In this document: positions 1 to 12,770 of the stretch, one piece after another
Position numbering within the stretch: the stretch's first letter is position 1
How the letters are laid out: each line of letters begins with the position of its first letter
Origin: Phoronis australis
Taxonomy: Eukaryota > Animalia > Phoronida
DNA: 64,000 nt
Assembly (NCBI GenBank): GCA_002633005.1
Contig: NMRA01000022.1
Coordinates: 1,503,036-1,567,035, forward strand
Direction of reading: 5' to 3'
Translations under genes and position numbers: made by a program
The notes under the pieces: model-generated
Databases searched by the model: none
Told to the model about the DNA's origin: nothing
What the model saw: only the letters and a program-made list of their open reading frames with translations

Positions 1-291
1 CGTTCTGCCCTACCTCAAATATTCCAAAATAACTTGAAAGGTCTAGCGAAATTCATTCAAGACGCTTTGCAGGTTAGAAGTAATTGTTTGTTTATAAACT
101 AGTCTGAAGTGGTCATATTTGAGCTTGTGCATTTTGTTATGTAATGATTTAATTATTATTAGGTGACTGAGTAAGCCCATTGAGGCTGGGGGGTGTGGTG
201 AATAACGGTCTTTGATATTGTATTTACTGGTACCCTTATGTCACTATAATAAATAAATACACACACAGGACTAGTACTCAAGTAATTTAAT

Positions 292-990
292 TATGGGTCC
301 GTGGGCTGTTCCCCGGTTCTTATATTCCCCCGTCCCCATGTTCCCCAACCGATGATCCCCCGTCCATATGTTGCCCTTGTCTCTATGTTCCCCTGTTCTT
401 ATGTTTCCACGAACCTATGATTCCCCGCCCCGATGTTCCTCCGGTCCTACTCATGCTTTCTATATGTGGGTCAGGACAGCAACAGAATATTCAGCAACGA
501 CACTTTTGTCGAACTGGGGGCGGTTTTCGGTATTGATGTAATTTGTTGTAACAATTGCTATCGTAAAGCAAAAAATGAGCTATGGAAGGTGAAAGAAACT
601 GGATTTCCCTGTCGTCTTTAACATATTGTTTTACTTGATTTTCTACAAGCATCAACAAAATATAATCCTATGAGCCCCACTTGTACATGTCAGACGCAAG
701 CACTAACATGCGACATATATAATGTCTTTCATTTAAGGTTGGGTGTCTTTTCGTAACAGTTTCGGCGCACATGCGTAGTATGCTCATGCACCAGAGGCGC
801 ACATGCATAGGACCGGGAGAACACCGGAACAGGGAAACATCGGGATGGAGGAACATGGGGCCTGGTAAGAATAGGGACGGAGAAACATAAGGACAGGAGA
901 ACACCGGGACGGGGGTAACATAAGATATAGGGTCGGAAGAACATCGGGACAGGGGAACATCGGGACGGAGAAACATAGGACCGAGAGAAT
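292..990. mobile_element. Foldback/MITE-like element with inverted arrays of ~15-16-bp subrepeats
   Basis: 308-455 is a tandem array of CC(G/T)ATGTTCCCC-like units. 805-990 is the reverse-complement array (GGGAACATCGG-like). The inner ends match as an inverted pair (ccggtcctactcatgc vs gcacatgcataggaccgg). The outer right terminus and TSD were not found. Confidence 0.7.
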
Positions 991-1952
991 GTTTAACTTA
1001 CAGTGCTGTACATATCAGCACTGTAAGTTAACACCTTAACTATTCCTTGACTAAAACAAAAAAGTTATTGCATCGTGTAATTGTGTGATCTGTACTGTAC
1101 TCTACCTAACTCCATAAAGAAAAGATCCAAATAAGAGTCATTATCATGGCTTCAATGAAGCCACGGCAATTTCGCTAGGCTAGCTTTTACTTTTGAAGGG
1201 GACAACAGAGCGTTGCTTAGTCAGATGAGGCCTTTTATTTAGGACACAGTCACTAGCTCACATACTCATAATTACGGGACTAATGATCTACAGCAACTAT
1301 TTGGAATGAACTTCTCTTTTTCGATCGTGAAGACATCGAATAAGCAAGTTACTCAATCTCTTAAGTTCAATTGTCAAGTAATCTCTTATAAGTACCTGAA
1401 TTTCCACTTTCTTATTTTCATAAATGGGCAGGCTGTTCTGTAAACTTGCAGTAGATAACCTTTATTTGACATGATAAAGTCCCAATTAATGAACCAAATT
1501 TACCTCGATCAAAATGGTAAACACGTTTTGTGGTTACTCGGTCCCCATACATTTCATCATGTTTATGAAACTATGCAAATCAGGCCAAATGAGCACTGGG
1601 TACTCACACATTTAAAAATGTTCAGCCAACCCAACAGGCCCCTATTTTTAATGAAATTGGAAGAGGTGGCCCAACAATATTGAGTTCTGTTCTCCTTCTG
1701 GAGTGTTCGACACAAGTTAATCTTAATTAAGATGAGCGAAAACAGTCGTGTTAGTCTTGAACGTTCCTACCGGACAGGAGTGTGGCACCATTGCCAAACA
1801 GCATCTTTTCCTACGCCATAATCTTTTAATGGACTGCAACACAAAACGGCTTCCAATTAGGTTATTCTATTGCCTGTGGAGGGAAAAACACTGATCTGGG
1901 TTATGAGTTCCGTAGACAACAAGGCTTAAGAAACGAATACACTAAACTACAG

Positions 1953-2586
1953 TGCCCGGTTGCATGAAACAGTCTCAAATAGGGACTCAACATGAAACAG
2001 TCCCAAATCTTTTGCGTATTCGTTTCGTTCTTTACTCACAAATTTTTCTAGTTTTTCTATCATTTTATCAGCCCCCCCNNNCCCCCCCCCCCCCCCTGGG
2101 TGCGCCCATGATCTCTAGAGTGCTTTGACCACAGAACCAAAGTTGTAAATAACATTTAAAAATAGATTTTGACGTTAAAGTACATCTCAACAAGTTTTAC
2201 CCCATGGTTTAAAAGTACATATGCACATATTTTGGGCAACTTTAAATAGCTCTGTTCTTACTAATTACTTAATCAATATTTATTCGGCCAATAATAAATA
2301 AGTAAATAAATGAGTAAACTAAAAACTGATCCCTTAATGGAGTCATAATATCTAAGGAATTGGTCCTTAAATTAGGGGCTTTGCATTAAAAGATCCCTAC
2401 TTATTTTCAATAATAATGAGATTTCAATGTAGAGTTCTCTCTGGACTTGTATCAAAGCCAAAAATTGGCTTAGTAATGGGACTCAAACAACGAGAGAAAT
2501 AACAATCAGTGTTTTCACAAGCCCCCAAATACACTTTGGTGAACTTAGTTGTGTCCTTATTTGGGACTGTTTCATGCAACCAGGCA
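1953..2586. mobile_element. PIF/Harbinger-type MITE
   Basis: ~39-bp TIRs (tgcccggttgcatgaaacagtctcaaatagggactcaac / gttgtgtccttatttgggactgtttcatgcaaccaggca). 3-bp CAG direct repeat at 1950-1952 and 2587-2589. Confidence 0.8.
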
Positions 2587-2808
2587 CAGAACTCAAGACA
2601 TGGAATGCCAACTTCGATATCGCGCAGCTGAGGTTGCGGTGCGCATGCGTGAGACTTATTTACAGTCGCTTGTTCCGGTGTTGTTTCTTGCTATAGAACA
2701 TAGCCCTTAAGGTTAATTGTTTGTTCAGTACAAATAAAGTAAGTTTAGAACTGTTATCTACGGTGGCCCAAAGATGACATTAAGAACATAACATTACGAA
2801 AAAATCAC

Positions 2809-2924
2809 TTTTCTCCGCGGAGAAAAATTTTCCCCCGTGGAGAAAACTTTCCTCAACGGAAAAAAGTTTTTTCCACGGTGAAAACCTATCCGCCGCGGAC
2901 AAAACCTTTCCCCGCGGAGAAAAC
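2809..2924. repeat. Tandem array of ~20-bp palindromic units
   Basis: About six degenerate copies of TTTTCTCCGCGGAGAAAA; the first copy is a perfect 18-bp palindrome. Confidence 0.8.
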
Positions 2925-3873
2925 GAACAAGACGACTAAATGAGGCTCAGGGCATCACAACTTAGAGACACGGCGAACTTGAGTGGCATATACAATTAAA
3001 AGGCACATCGACTGGCGAAATATTTTTTACTGCTTGTATGTGAATTGCTTGCATAATTATTTAACCTATGGAGCTCACATAATTGATAAATATTCAAACA
3101 AAACCTTTAAAAAGCCGGTTTTAAACTGAAGAACACATACAATGAAGCCATCAGTGTGTGACACGGCTGTGTAAACTGTTCCTAGAATACATGACCAACA
3201 GCTAAACACGTTACTCTTGACAAACAGCGACTCTCGTCGATGTGTGTATCCTGCATACCCTGTAGTTGTGCCCGCCCATATAATTCAAATACGTCCATTC
3301 GACACTAACAGTGTGCTTGCTCATTATACTATGATGGAGCAAGTTTGATGCGTGAATCTAGGAGGACAAATATTCCCCCAAACATAGGGGTGTCAAATTC
3401 GACAACAACAATTATGGCTGCTTACACCAATCTGAGAAGTTACTGTGTACATCGGATTTTTAAGTGTTCTAGGTTTAATATCAACATAGGAAGTTGAGGA
3501 ATTTCAAATATGGGTGTCTTTGGAAGCTTGGTTTTCCAGCCGTTTTTGGACTTCGAATCGAGCTTCCAGTGGAAAAAATAACGCCTAAGTATTTAGAGCC
3601 AGGCATTACTTCTTTTCTCTGTTGTTTATAAAATCGTTTATGCGCTGCAAGAAAGACACGTTTTCTGAACACCATCAATTTTTTTAACACTGAGAAAATT
3701 CTTCTTGCAGTGAAACCCTAGTCTATTCATAAGACTCTGGAGTTCAATCCGCGTGTTAGCTATTGCATCATAGACTAACGAGTATCTATGATTACATTTC
3801 AGTGATCGATAGAAGTGAGATAGTTTTGACGCGGTGTAATTTATTAATTCACTTTCGTTTAACGCTTCAAACA

Positions 3874-6800
3874 ATGACCATTCTCGTTATTTGGCTTTCG
3901 GTGTTTTCTTTGCCTTTTCGACTGTCACGGGGATCTGCAATTTTCACGGAGTTTAACACGGATGCGACTAGTGCAGCTAGTTGTGAAGGTTACAGAACGC
4001 TCTCGACGGTTAACAAGTACATCGAGTGTTCACACGTGTGCGCTTTAGACAATAGTTGCGTCACTTTCCTCTTGACCAAAGAAGCCGGTGTATACAATTG
4101 TTACACGTGTAGTTACTGGAAGGAGGCGTCTTCAAGAACTGGAGAAAATACGCTAGGATGGAAGGTGGGTGGCAATTATTAATATAAGCATATAATTATA
4201 TGCCTATGTATGCGTATGCATGTGCATTTGTCTACATGCATGTTTGTGCATATCCATACACGTACGTGGGTGCGCGTGTATATGAGTACGCAACATTTCA
4301 TATTTTAACTGCATGTCAGGTCATATCATAAGAGATGAATCTAGTTTGACTTCGTTTTGCAGGTATTCCAAGACTGTGCAGACGCCGGTGCGTAAGTTTC
4401 TCTCATATATCATTTTGAAGAATCATGACAAAAACGCAATGAACAAGAAAATGTATATTAAAATTGGTATTTAATACCTTACATTTTTCTAAATTTCATG
4501 TTAGATACCAGAATCATCAATCAATCTCAAATACTTTGATTAATCTTTGCACACCGACTTTGTTACAAAAGAGTCACGGGTCTGACGAAGTCAATGACAT
4601 CAATGTAACCACAAGAAAGAGAAACCTGTGAATCTTTTATGATGTGTGTTAAAAATACTTTTTCTTGTCTTATCTATTTAAGCCGCAGTCCCTGTTGCAC
4701 TGCACATACAGTGTACTTGTAGAAAAGGTGGTGCACTGGAGCCTTTATTCCCATTATTCGCCAAATGCTTGAAGACTAACATAAATCCAAAATTCTCAAC
4801 CAATGATCTCATTTCTTCAAAGCTTTTTGTAAATACTTGTTTTGTAACCATTAAGTTATGTCTTTTTAAAACACTGCACGAAGACAATACCCTGGGCATT
4901 TTTTATCAAGAGCCAGGCCAGGATGGAACAATGTTGAACGTTTACTGTGGCATACGTCGTTAAGGTGGTTTGTGAAAGTGGGTGTTAAGTGGGAATATAA
5001 ACCCCGTACGGTCACTTTTTGTCAGATGTAATGGTTCGCTGTTATGAACGCATCGTCGCAGGTCCGCAATGGCGTGTCTACGACCTTCTTAACTACAATC
5101 AGCTTAAAATACACTTGTTGTTCGTTGTCATGTGACGTTTTCCAAGAAAACGATTTTTCCACGGGGGATCGTCAAAATTTTATGAGGTTGAAATTTTTCG
5201 CACAAACCTTTCAATTTCTGTTAAGGGCAATTGATTTCAGAATGTAACAGCAGAAGTAAGCATTCGGATGTGAAACAACACCAAGAAATCGCAAAACGTC
5301 GCTTGTAAAACAACGGCCGAAGATTTGTCCGACAAAGTGGACGTTCTTTAGAAATCACTTAGTGTCCTGGCATTCACAAGTCAGTCTGCGACCCAGTTTA
5401 TTTTTTTCGTTAAGCCATAAACAGAAATTAAAGGAATATTCTATCTAAGCATCACTACAGTGAGAGCAATCAAGATTAAAAACAATTACTTAGAATAGTC
5501 ATTCAACTACACCAAACAACACTAGCGACATTTCAGTTCTGCAACTCAACAAAATAACGAAAACCCCATCAACAGTCACAGTGATGTGTCCCTAGTGCGC
5601 CTAATTTTTGTCACGAATTACAGAAAATAAATTAGTTCTCGACTAAGCTATCAAGGCGAACAAATTAAGTCATGACACCAAAAGAAGGAAATAAACAAGA
5701 TTTTAATTGAAAACAGGTGACGGGTAACGCAAGAAAGCATAAAGCTTGTTTCTCACCACCCTGATATCCAGGGACAAAATATCACAAACTTTCGTAGACA
5801 TGAATTTATTATGCGGCCACTTTCGTACTTGGACTTATGCAGCAATGTTCCTAAAGTTTTCGATATGTGTTAACGTCAAACAATAAGGTTAAAAGTCAAC
5901 TGACATCGCAAAAAATGCAACAAATAAAACGCAAATTTGATTGATAACCAAATGAACCCTTTCTAGCCTTTATCTGGATTAATTTTATGCACTTCAATTT
6001 ACATTTTAAATCGTAGACATTAGTGCGATGTTCCCATGGAGATGCCGAATGATGGAAGGGTGTTCATTGGTTCCAAATGGAAAGGTACTTACTATCAAGG
6101 CTTCATATTAAGAAAACAATGTAATGAGTGATTTCAAAATTGACAGGGTTTCGGTCAAATGAATGCAAATTACAAGCACGTATACGACTGTGGTGACTAA
6201 TAAAAGGTAAACATGTGGACACGTATATGAGCAAGAGTGACAGCAACCTTACCACGGTTGAAAGGAATTGCTTCACCTACATGGCCTCGAACATCAATTC
6301 CAATGGTACCGAAGTGATTTCGTAGTAAATGATTGAACTGAATAGTCCCAAAAACAAACTTCTGTTTTCACAGGCTTTCATTTCATTGGAACAATCCACA
6401 ACAGCTGCGCGAGTCTCCGACAACGATTGATTCGACAAGATCCTAGCACAAGTAAAGAGCATAGATCCTCAATAACATCGGCCATTTTCGGTGTGTTGTG
6501 TATATCGTGTACCTCAGTTTCGGACTGAAGGTAGATTTTCCCTTTCTCAACACGCATATACATCTTGTTAGTCACATCTTTGTAACCCAGTTTGATTCTT
6601 TAATCTTTTATATTCCCTCCGCGATTCCCCATTCCAGGCATGGCGTGGACCTTCTTGAGCAGATCTCTGGGGGAAGCTGTGTCTTACGTAGCAATTTCTG
6701 ATAGCAAAATTCTGCATGACCAGTCACACAATTGGCTGAAATTTTACTAGTGTATTTGTATACACCTCAAACCACACAACACATCATAATACACTCAGTG

Positions 6801-9800
6801 GTCTCTTCGTCTATCTTTTATCGCTCCTTGCAATTCATACTTGAAATGTGAAATTTGTTTTCGAAATTTCAGCTCAAAAATGACCTTTTTGGCAACAGAA
6901 CTACCCTGTTTAGAATAGGGACTGGTATGCGATCCTATTTAGGCATGTATGACATTCATCCCCCAGTCCAAAAATATAATTTTTAAAGAAATGAAATTAC
7001 CCCCTCCCCCTCATCGTACCACCTAATTTAAGTACCCAAAACTCAAAGTAAGTTATTGTTGAGGATACAGCAGGCTTTATAGACGATAGATAAAACTTAC
7101 AACTATAAAGATCACAAGTCTGGCCACTTTTCGATTTCCTGCATAGAAATTCAACTGAAAATGCGCATCTTTGGTTGGCAAGAGTCAAGAACTTGTTGTA
7201 ATTGCTCAGTAAAATAAAAATACAGAGTTTTTAATTGGCAGTAGAAAGAAAATTTAGCGTGCAATNTGTGTGCTGTATCTTTTATCGCTCCTTGCAATTC
7301 ATACTTGAAATGTGAAATTTGTTTTCGAAATTTCAGCTCAAAAATGACCTCTTTGGCAACAGAACTACCCTGTTTAGATTAGGGACTGGTATGCGATCCT
7401 ATTTAGGCATGTATGACATTCATCCCCCAGTCCAAAAATATAATTTTTAAAGAAATGAAATTACCCCCTCCCCCTCATCGTACCACCTAATTTAAGTACC
7501 CAAAACTCAAAGTAAGTTATTGTTGAGGATACAGCAGGCTTTATAGACGATAGATAAAACTTACAACTATAAAGATCACAAGTCTGGCCACTTTTCGATT
7601 TCCTGCATAGAAATTCAACTGAAAATGCGCATCTTTGGTTGGCAAGAGTCAAGAACTTGTTGTAATTGCTCAGTAAAATAAAAATACAGAGTTTTTAATT
7701 GGCAGTAGAAAGAAAATTTAGCGTGCAATATCTTTGCTTTCATACTGATTGGTTGTATAACAGTTGTCATCAGACTCTTAGTGCAGAGGGTAATTTGGCA
7801 AGTGACGCATTGTGACGCTAGAGTAGTAGAACTTCCTGTTCATGGAAGTATGTCTGCTGTGGTGTGCAGTTTTAAAGGGTATTTTCCCTGCAAATGATCA
7901 CATGAAGATTTTTTTATGAAGTGGTAATCTGCACAGGGATTGCAGCAGACCAGCTGCACAAGAAGTGCAACAGAGCATTTACGATCTACATGTAATGTGA
8001 GTGAGCCAGTTTTTGAATATGAGCTGTTGCTCATCCTGGGAAGAATCGGCGTTTTTGGTATATTGCTCGGTGCATCAATACACAGTATTGTTCACTTCCG
8101 TGGGTGAAATAAAGGCTCACTTGGGCATTGACAGAGACACGTGTGAGCTAGTGAGGGAAACTGCAAGGCAGTAGGTGTCTGTCCCGAAAGCATTTGGACT
8201 GAGCAGCGGCACTTCAATCGGCTTCTTATGAAGAGAGGTGGCCACGGTCCACTTCTAACGAAATTGGGCTTACATGTATGTGGGCGCTACATATAGGAGA
8301 GCGAGCTTCATATTTGCTCATGACGTGAAAGCGTTTTAGGCTGAAAGTTTGCAGCTGGACAAAGAACTGGGGTCAAGTGTAGCCCTGCAGTCGTGGCTAA
8401 AGAAATGAGGTTAGTGAAGAATGGCCAGAAAAAACGTTTTAAGTGAGATGACTGCCGGGCTAAAAGAGGCCCAGATAAGTGGCTTCTTTTCTCGCATGGC
8501 TGGCTGCGTGCTGGAGGATGGAGATGCGCAGACGGTGGAGGGAGTATTCTTAGGATTCGAACTATTCCATGAAGTTCTGGAAGATCTGGGTTAATACCCA
8601 GACCGTTTCCTGGCAAGTTCTGTCAACACCTTTTTGCTGGTTGATTGCCGAGGTTTAAAGATCCACAATTTTTCTTGGCGTTGCATGTTCATACATTTTG
8701 ATTTTTAAGTACTTTTTATCGTCTCATTATTTTATTCTGCCGTCAAAAGAAGGGAAGTAGACAAAATATTTGCGTTTTAGTCGTTATTGAAATTTACAGA
8801 AACACCTGTTTCTCTCAAGCCCAAGAGGGATGCTTCAGATACCGACAAAATACTCACCAGATAATTACTTGACAGACAGCACAATTTACAGCTTCTAAAA
8901 ATGCCAGTTACACATATTTGAGAAAAAACCAAGGTCACTGGATTTAATAATTACATCCACCAGCACTTTTTTATATCACAAGCTCTCGTTATATCATCTC
9001 TCTATATCACTAACCTCTGTAGCAAGGAGTATTGTTCTGTAAAGAATGTCCTACCAAATGTCTGAATGTCGACATAAAGGCTGGGTACTCATGTTCTAAA
9101 AAGGGAAGCAGGACTGTCAGGAGTGGACTGACACTGTTCTTAGTTTAAATATTTTGTTCTGTTGTTCTTTTGCTCTGTTTGTGTCTAGCAGATAGTTATT
9201 GATTGGCATGACCCCTGATGTCAGGACAGCGAAGATATAATTTGTTTACCACATAATAGTGTGGAACATTCTAGTAGATTCTAGCATGTACATGTAAGTG
9301 ATTAATGTAATCTGGAACATTCTAGAGCCTAGTATATATTTGTGGAATCATTGGGTAGTTTCCGGAAAGTTCTAGAATGTGCCTGTACAAGGGTACATTT
9401 CTACCTTCACACCAGTTATGTGAAAAGTATCTAACAATGACAAGGTGTGCATGTAAATTCAGAAAATCCATATCATAAGTGGCGACAAATTGGTTTATGC
9501 GGTCAGGATTCTTTCCGTGTGGCCGCTCAAACAGACATTGGCATCAATTTTTTAGGCTAAAATGCATTGTCGTTGAACTAACTACACAAATCTTAGAACA
9601 AATTGCAAATAAGACTCGATTTCACGATACATACTCAAACCATTTGAAAGGTGAAAGTTATATACTTTCTAGTTACATGCTACACTCTGGTATGATGTAT
9701 TTTATGGACTGAACTAAATAACACTGTGTTATACTCGCAAACCTCGCTGTATGAGTATAGTCGCGTTTTGTAATTTGTTGAGGGATCAAAGTCGTCCCTG

Positions 9801-12770
9801 GAAGATCCACAATCATCACCACGTTCACTTTTCTCTCATACCTTCGCGCTACTGCTCCATCACTTCCAATTTGAAGTGAATGTTGTCACCAGATTGGATA
9901 AAATGTGATGCCAACTTTGTATTTATTGATACAAACAACTGCTCGATAAACAACTCACATCAACCAGACATTTTTTCCACATTACCAACAATTTCCCGGT
10001 AAGCCTCAACACTTAGTCGGCAAAAAACTAATCAATTTTTGATTAAAGTTTGATTTGAATCACTCTTATGTGCCAACCTGGTATGAAGTCATCACTTGGT
10101 GAGTACACTTTTGACTAAACATTTTACTTGAACACCAGTCGAATGTAAAACCAATTCTGCACAGAGTGTGTCAGCCAAATTACACATACTGTGATACACG
10201 GTTTCGCTTTTGTTGGCAAATGCCTATCAACGTTATTATAAAATCTAATTGCCCCAACAAGAACATTTAGCCAAAAGCACACATAAGCCTCGGTTCAGCT
10301 AGTTTCAGCTTTCTAAGTGAATTCTGCTGCAGCCATATTACACAAATTGCTATCAGCAAACATGATAGGTTGATCACTTCCTCGTAGACACTGGTACGCA
10401 TTTAGTCGAGACAAATTGGCTTAGCAATGACGGAGTCTTCCTCATCGGAGTCTTGCAGGCTGGAGCGATGTTTCTGCTGGGCGCAATTTGTGTAGATGTT
10501 CGCCACTCATATGAACTGAATCTTAAAGTGTCATCTGCATTTTTGTGACAGCTCTCGATTTGCGTGACAACTTCATGGAATGTGCTTTCTCTCCAGTGGC
10601 GGTTTCTTTGTTAACAATTTNTAAAGTACATCATCACCTAATTTTTATAGTTCTGCTTATCTGTAACGCTGTATTTTTTCTTTCTTATTCTCTGGTGGCT
10701 CCGTGGTCAGCGGACCTCTCTGGGCCTTCACGGAGTCTCCATAAGCGTAAATTTATATCAACTGTATTTTTTGGTTTTTGACTTAAAGTGAATAAAGTGT
10801 ATTACTACTACTACTACCACAAGTACTGGCAAAGTAAGCAGCAATTGACCATCATTTGAAACTTGAAGGCAAAACAGACCATTACGTGCGTATCAGATCA
10901 AAGGGACAGCCCATGTGTCTGCCAATAAAGGTGGTTATCCTGACCTAAAGATCTATAGTTCAAAGGTTCCCAACAACAAACTCTTTATAGTCTGAAGATT
11001 CATTGGTTTGGCATGTGACTTCATCATCAACCTGATCCTGAAATCTAGGATAAAGAAATCGTTACTCAAAGAATCATCGAACGAGTATTGGACCTTCGTA
11101 CATTTAACTCTTCAGACCATAGAATTGCCAATTTGATATTTTAAAATATAACCTATTTTTGTAGTGTTTGACCTCCAATTTAGAACGCTCTTATTAAAGA
11201 GCCGTCAGGTCAATGCTAGAATATTTCGTGTATCAAATTATAGCCTCAGCGCTTATCAGACTACAACCCACTCGGCCTTATCGACGCCCTCCTGATACAT
11301 AATTAACTGTTTTTCATGAGTGGAGTTTGCTGAATAGGCCAGTCTCTCTAAACAAACAAAACATTTACTAACTGTTTTACGAACAATCGACCATTGGTTG
11401 CTTGTTTTCATTGCCATTTAATATGCATTAGTTTAATTATTTGTTTATAGATTAAGTTTCGACGATATGGAATCAATGTAATTTAGATCTGACGAGTCAC
11501 GTTGTGTTTTGCGCAAATTGTTTTGAACAAAACAACCGTGGCATTGTAGTTTTCAAGACGTAGTTGGATCATTTTGTCACATACTATTGCTCAAAATTCG
11601 AAAAAATAAAAGTACAAAACATGTCAAGCAAGATTAGAGTGCAGATTATCGAGTACGGCGTCAACTTACCCGAACCAATCTGCATTTGTCTACCAGACCG
11701 TCTGAAATATGTCTTGATATCCTCATATTAATTGGGCTTCATACGGGGACTTTCTCCCTACTCTTGGATGCTTGAGATATTGACAATATCTACCTGGGCG
11801 AGATTTCATAGTGAACTTGACATTGCGTTTTGGGCAAAGCCGTTCAAAAACTCGATGAGTTTATCGGCGGAAACGACTGCTCTGATACCATCCCGATTAT
11901 CTATCTGCTGCCATTTTGGTATTGTCGTTCAGATTGATGTTCCTGAGATACTAATCCATGACGTTTTTGCAGCTGAGTACAGGTAACACAGGTAAACAGA
12001 ACAGTAAATTAAAACTGAATAAACTAAGACCATTGTCAGTCTACTCCTGACACGTTTGAATGAGTGTAACCATTGGTAATAGATGTAATGTACTTGGAAT
12101 GCTACATCCCACATACACTTTCAGGTAGACAGAAAATTGAATGCAGATTGTATATCTGTTTATAGGTATTCACTATAGTGGACTTCTGCGCATTAAACCG
12201 CATAATAGTCACAAAGCTTTCGTCGTGAGCTGCGAAGAAGGGTGGATGGTTATTCAGCGACGATTCAACGGAAGCGTCGATTTCAACAGAAGCTGGCATG
12301 ACTACAAGAATGGTTTTGGTGACCTCGGAGGAGAGTTTTGGCTCGGTAACGACAACATTTACTACGTCACTCAACAGGCTCAGTACAAAATACAATACAT
12401 AATGACCACATGGAATGGCACGAAAGTAACACGTGGTCATAGTTCATTCTCAACAGCCGATGAGAAAGCGAAGTACAAATTGTCTATATCTGTGAATTAT
12501 GACTCAGATCCTGAAACTTTGATGACCGAAGTAAACGGAGCGCCTTTTTCGTCAGTAGACCAAGATAATGACAGAAGTAGAAATAAACATTGCGCCAAAT
12601 TCAATTCTGGTGGATGGTGGTATGAACAGTGTGCACGGATAGCCTTAAATAGCCGTTATCCAACGGGCGGGAATTGCACGGCCAACTATCTAATCCAATG
12701 TATGAAATATTACGAATCAGGAGAACACGTACTTTTAAAAAGTTCAGTTGTTAAAATACAGAGGGTTTAG
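3874..12770 (+). CDS. Secreted PAN/apple-domain + fibrinogen C-terminal domain (FReD) protein; exons 3874-4164, 4363-4387, 12166-12770
   Basis: Exon 1 has a signal peptide (MTILVIWLSVFSLPF...) and a PAN-like Cys pattern (ECSHVCALDNSCVTF..CY). GT-AG splicing (phases 0 and 1) gives ...GWK-VFQDCADAG-IHYSGLLRIKP...GWMVIQRRFNGSVDFNRSWHDYKNGFGDLGGEFWLGND...FSSVDQDND..HCA..SGGWWY..C, a complete FReD. Confidence 0.85.
6812..7729. repeat. Near-identical ~454-bp direct duplication across an N (6812-7265 / 7276-7729)
   Basis: Offset is 464 bp, with only about two substitutions seen and an N at 7266. Probably an assembly or haplotype overlap. Confidence 0.85.
8000..8520 (+). pseudogene. Frameshifted C-terminal fragment of a DNA-transposon protein (tentatively Sola3-like)
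   Basis: Pieces across frames read MWAL..., IFAHDVKAF, KFAAGQRTGVKCSPAVVAKEMRLVKNGQKKRF and EAQISGFFSRMA. These resemble a motif I recall from invertebrate transposon proteins (WAL..RF..VK.YL..F..GE.TG.K..P..VA..MR..QI..FFSR). The family assignment is from memory. Confidence 0.4.
10690..10818 (+). mobile_element. Possible 3' tail of a CR1/L2-type non-LTR element
   Basis: Stem-loop (ctccgtg...cacggag), then AATAAA and an (ACT)n tail. Confidence 0.35.

Noticed and set aside
668-976. Pro-rich 102-aa and 71-aa ORFs
   Set aside because: They are translations of a tandem-repeat arm.
2809-2924. CRISPR-like palindromic repeats
   Set aside because: There are no unique spacers or cas genes, and the context is eukaryotic.
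6812-7729. Tandem duplication giving two identical 63-aa ORFs
   Set aside because: The copies meet at an N and differ only by SNP-like changes. This fits a contig-overlap or haplotype artefact, and the ORFs have no protein-like features.
9780-10620. Possible minus-strand transposase remnant (ETVYHSMC-like motif)
   Set aside because: Too degenerate to support a family assignment by eye.
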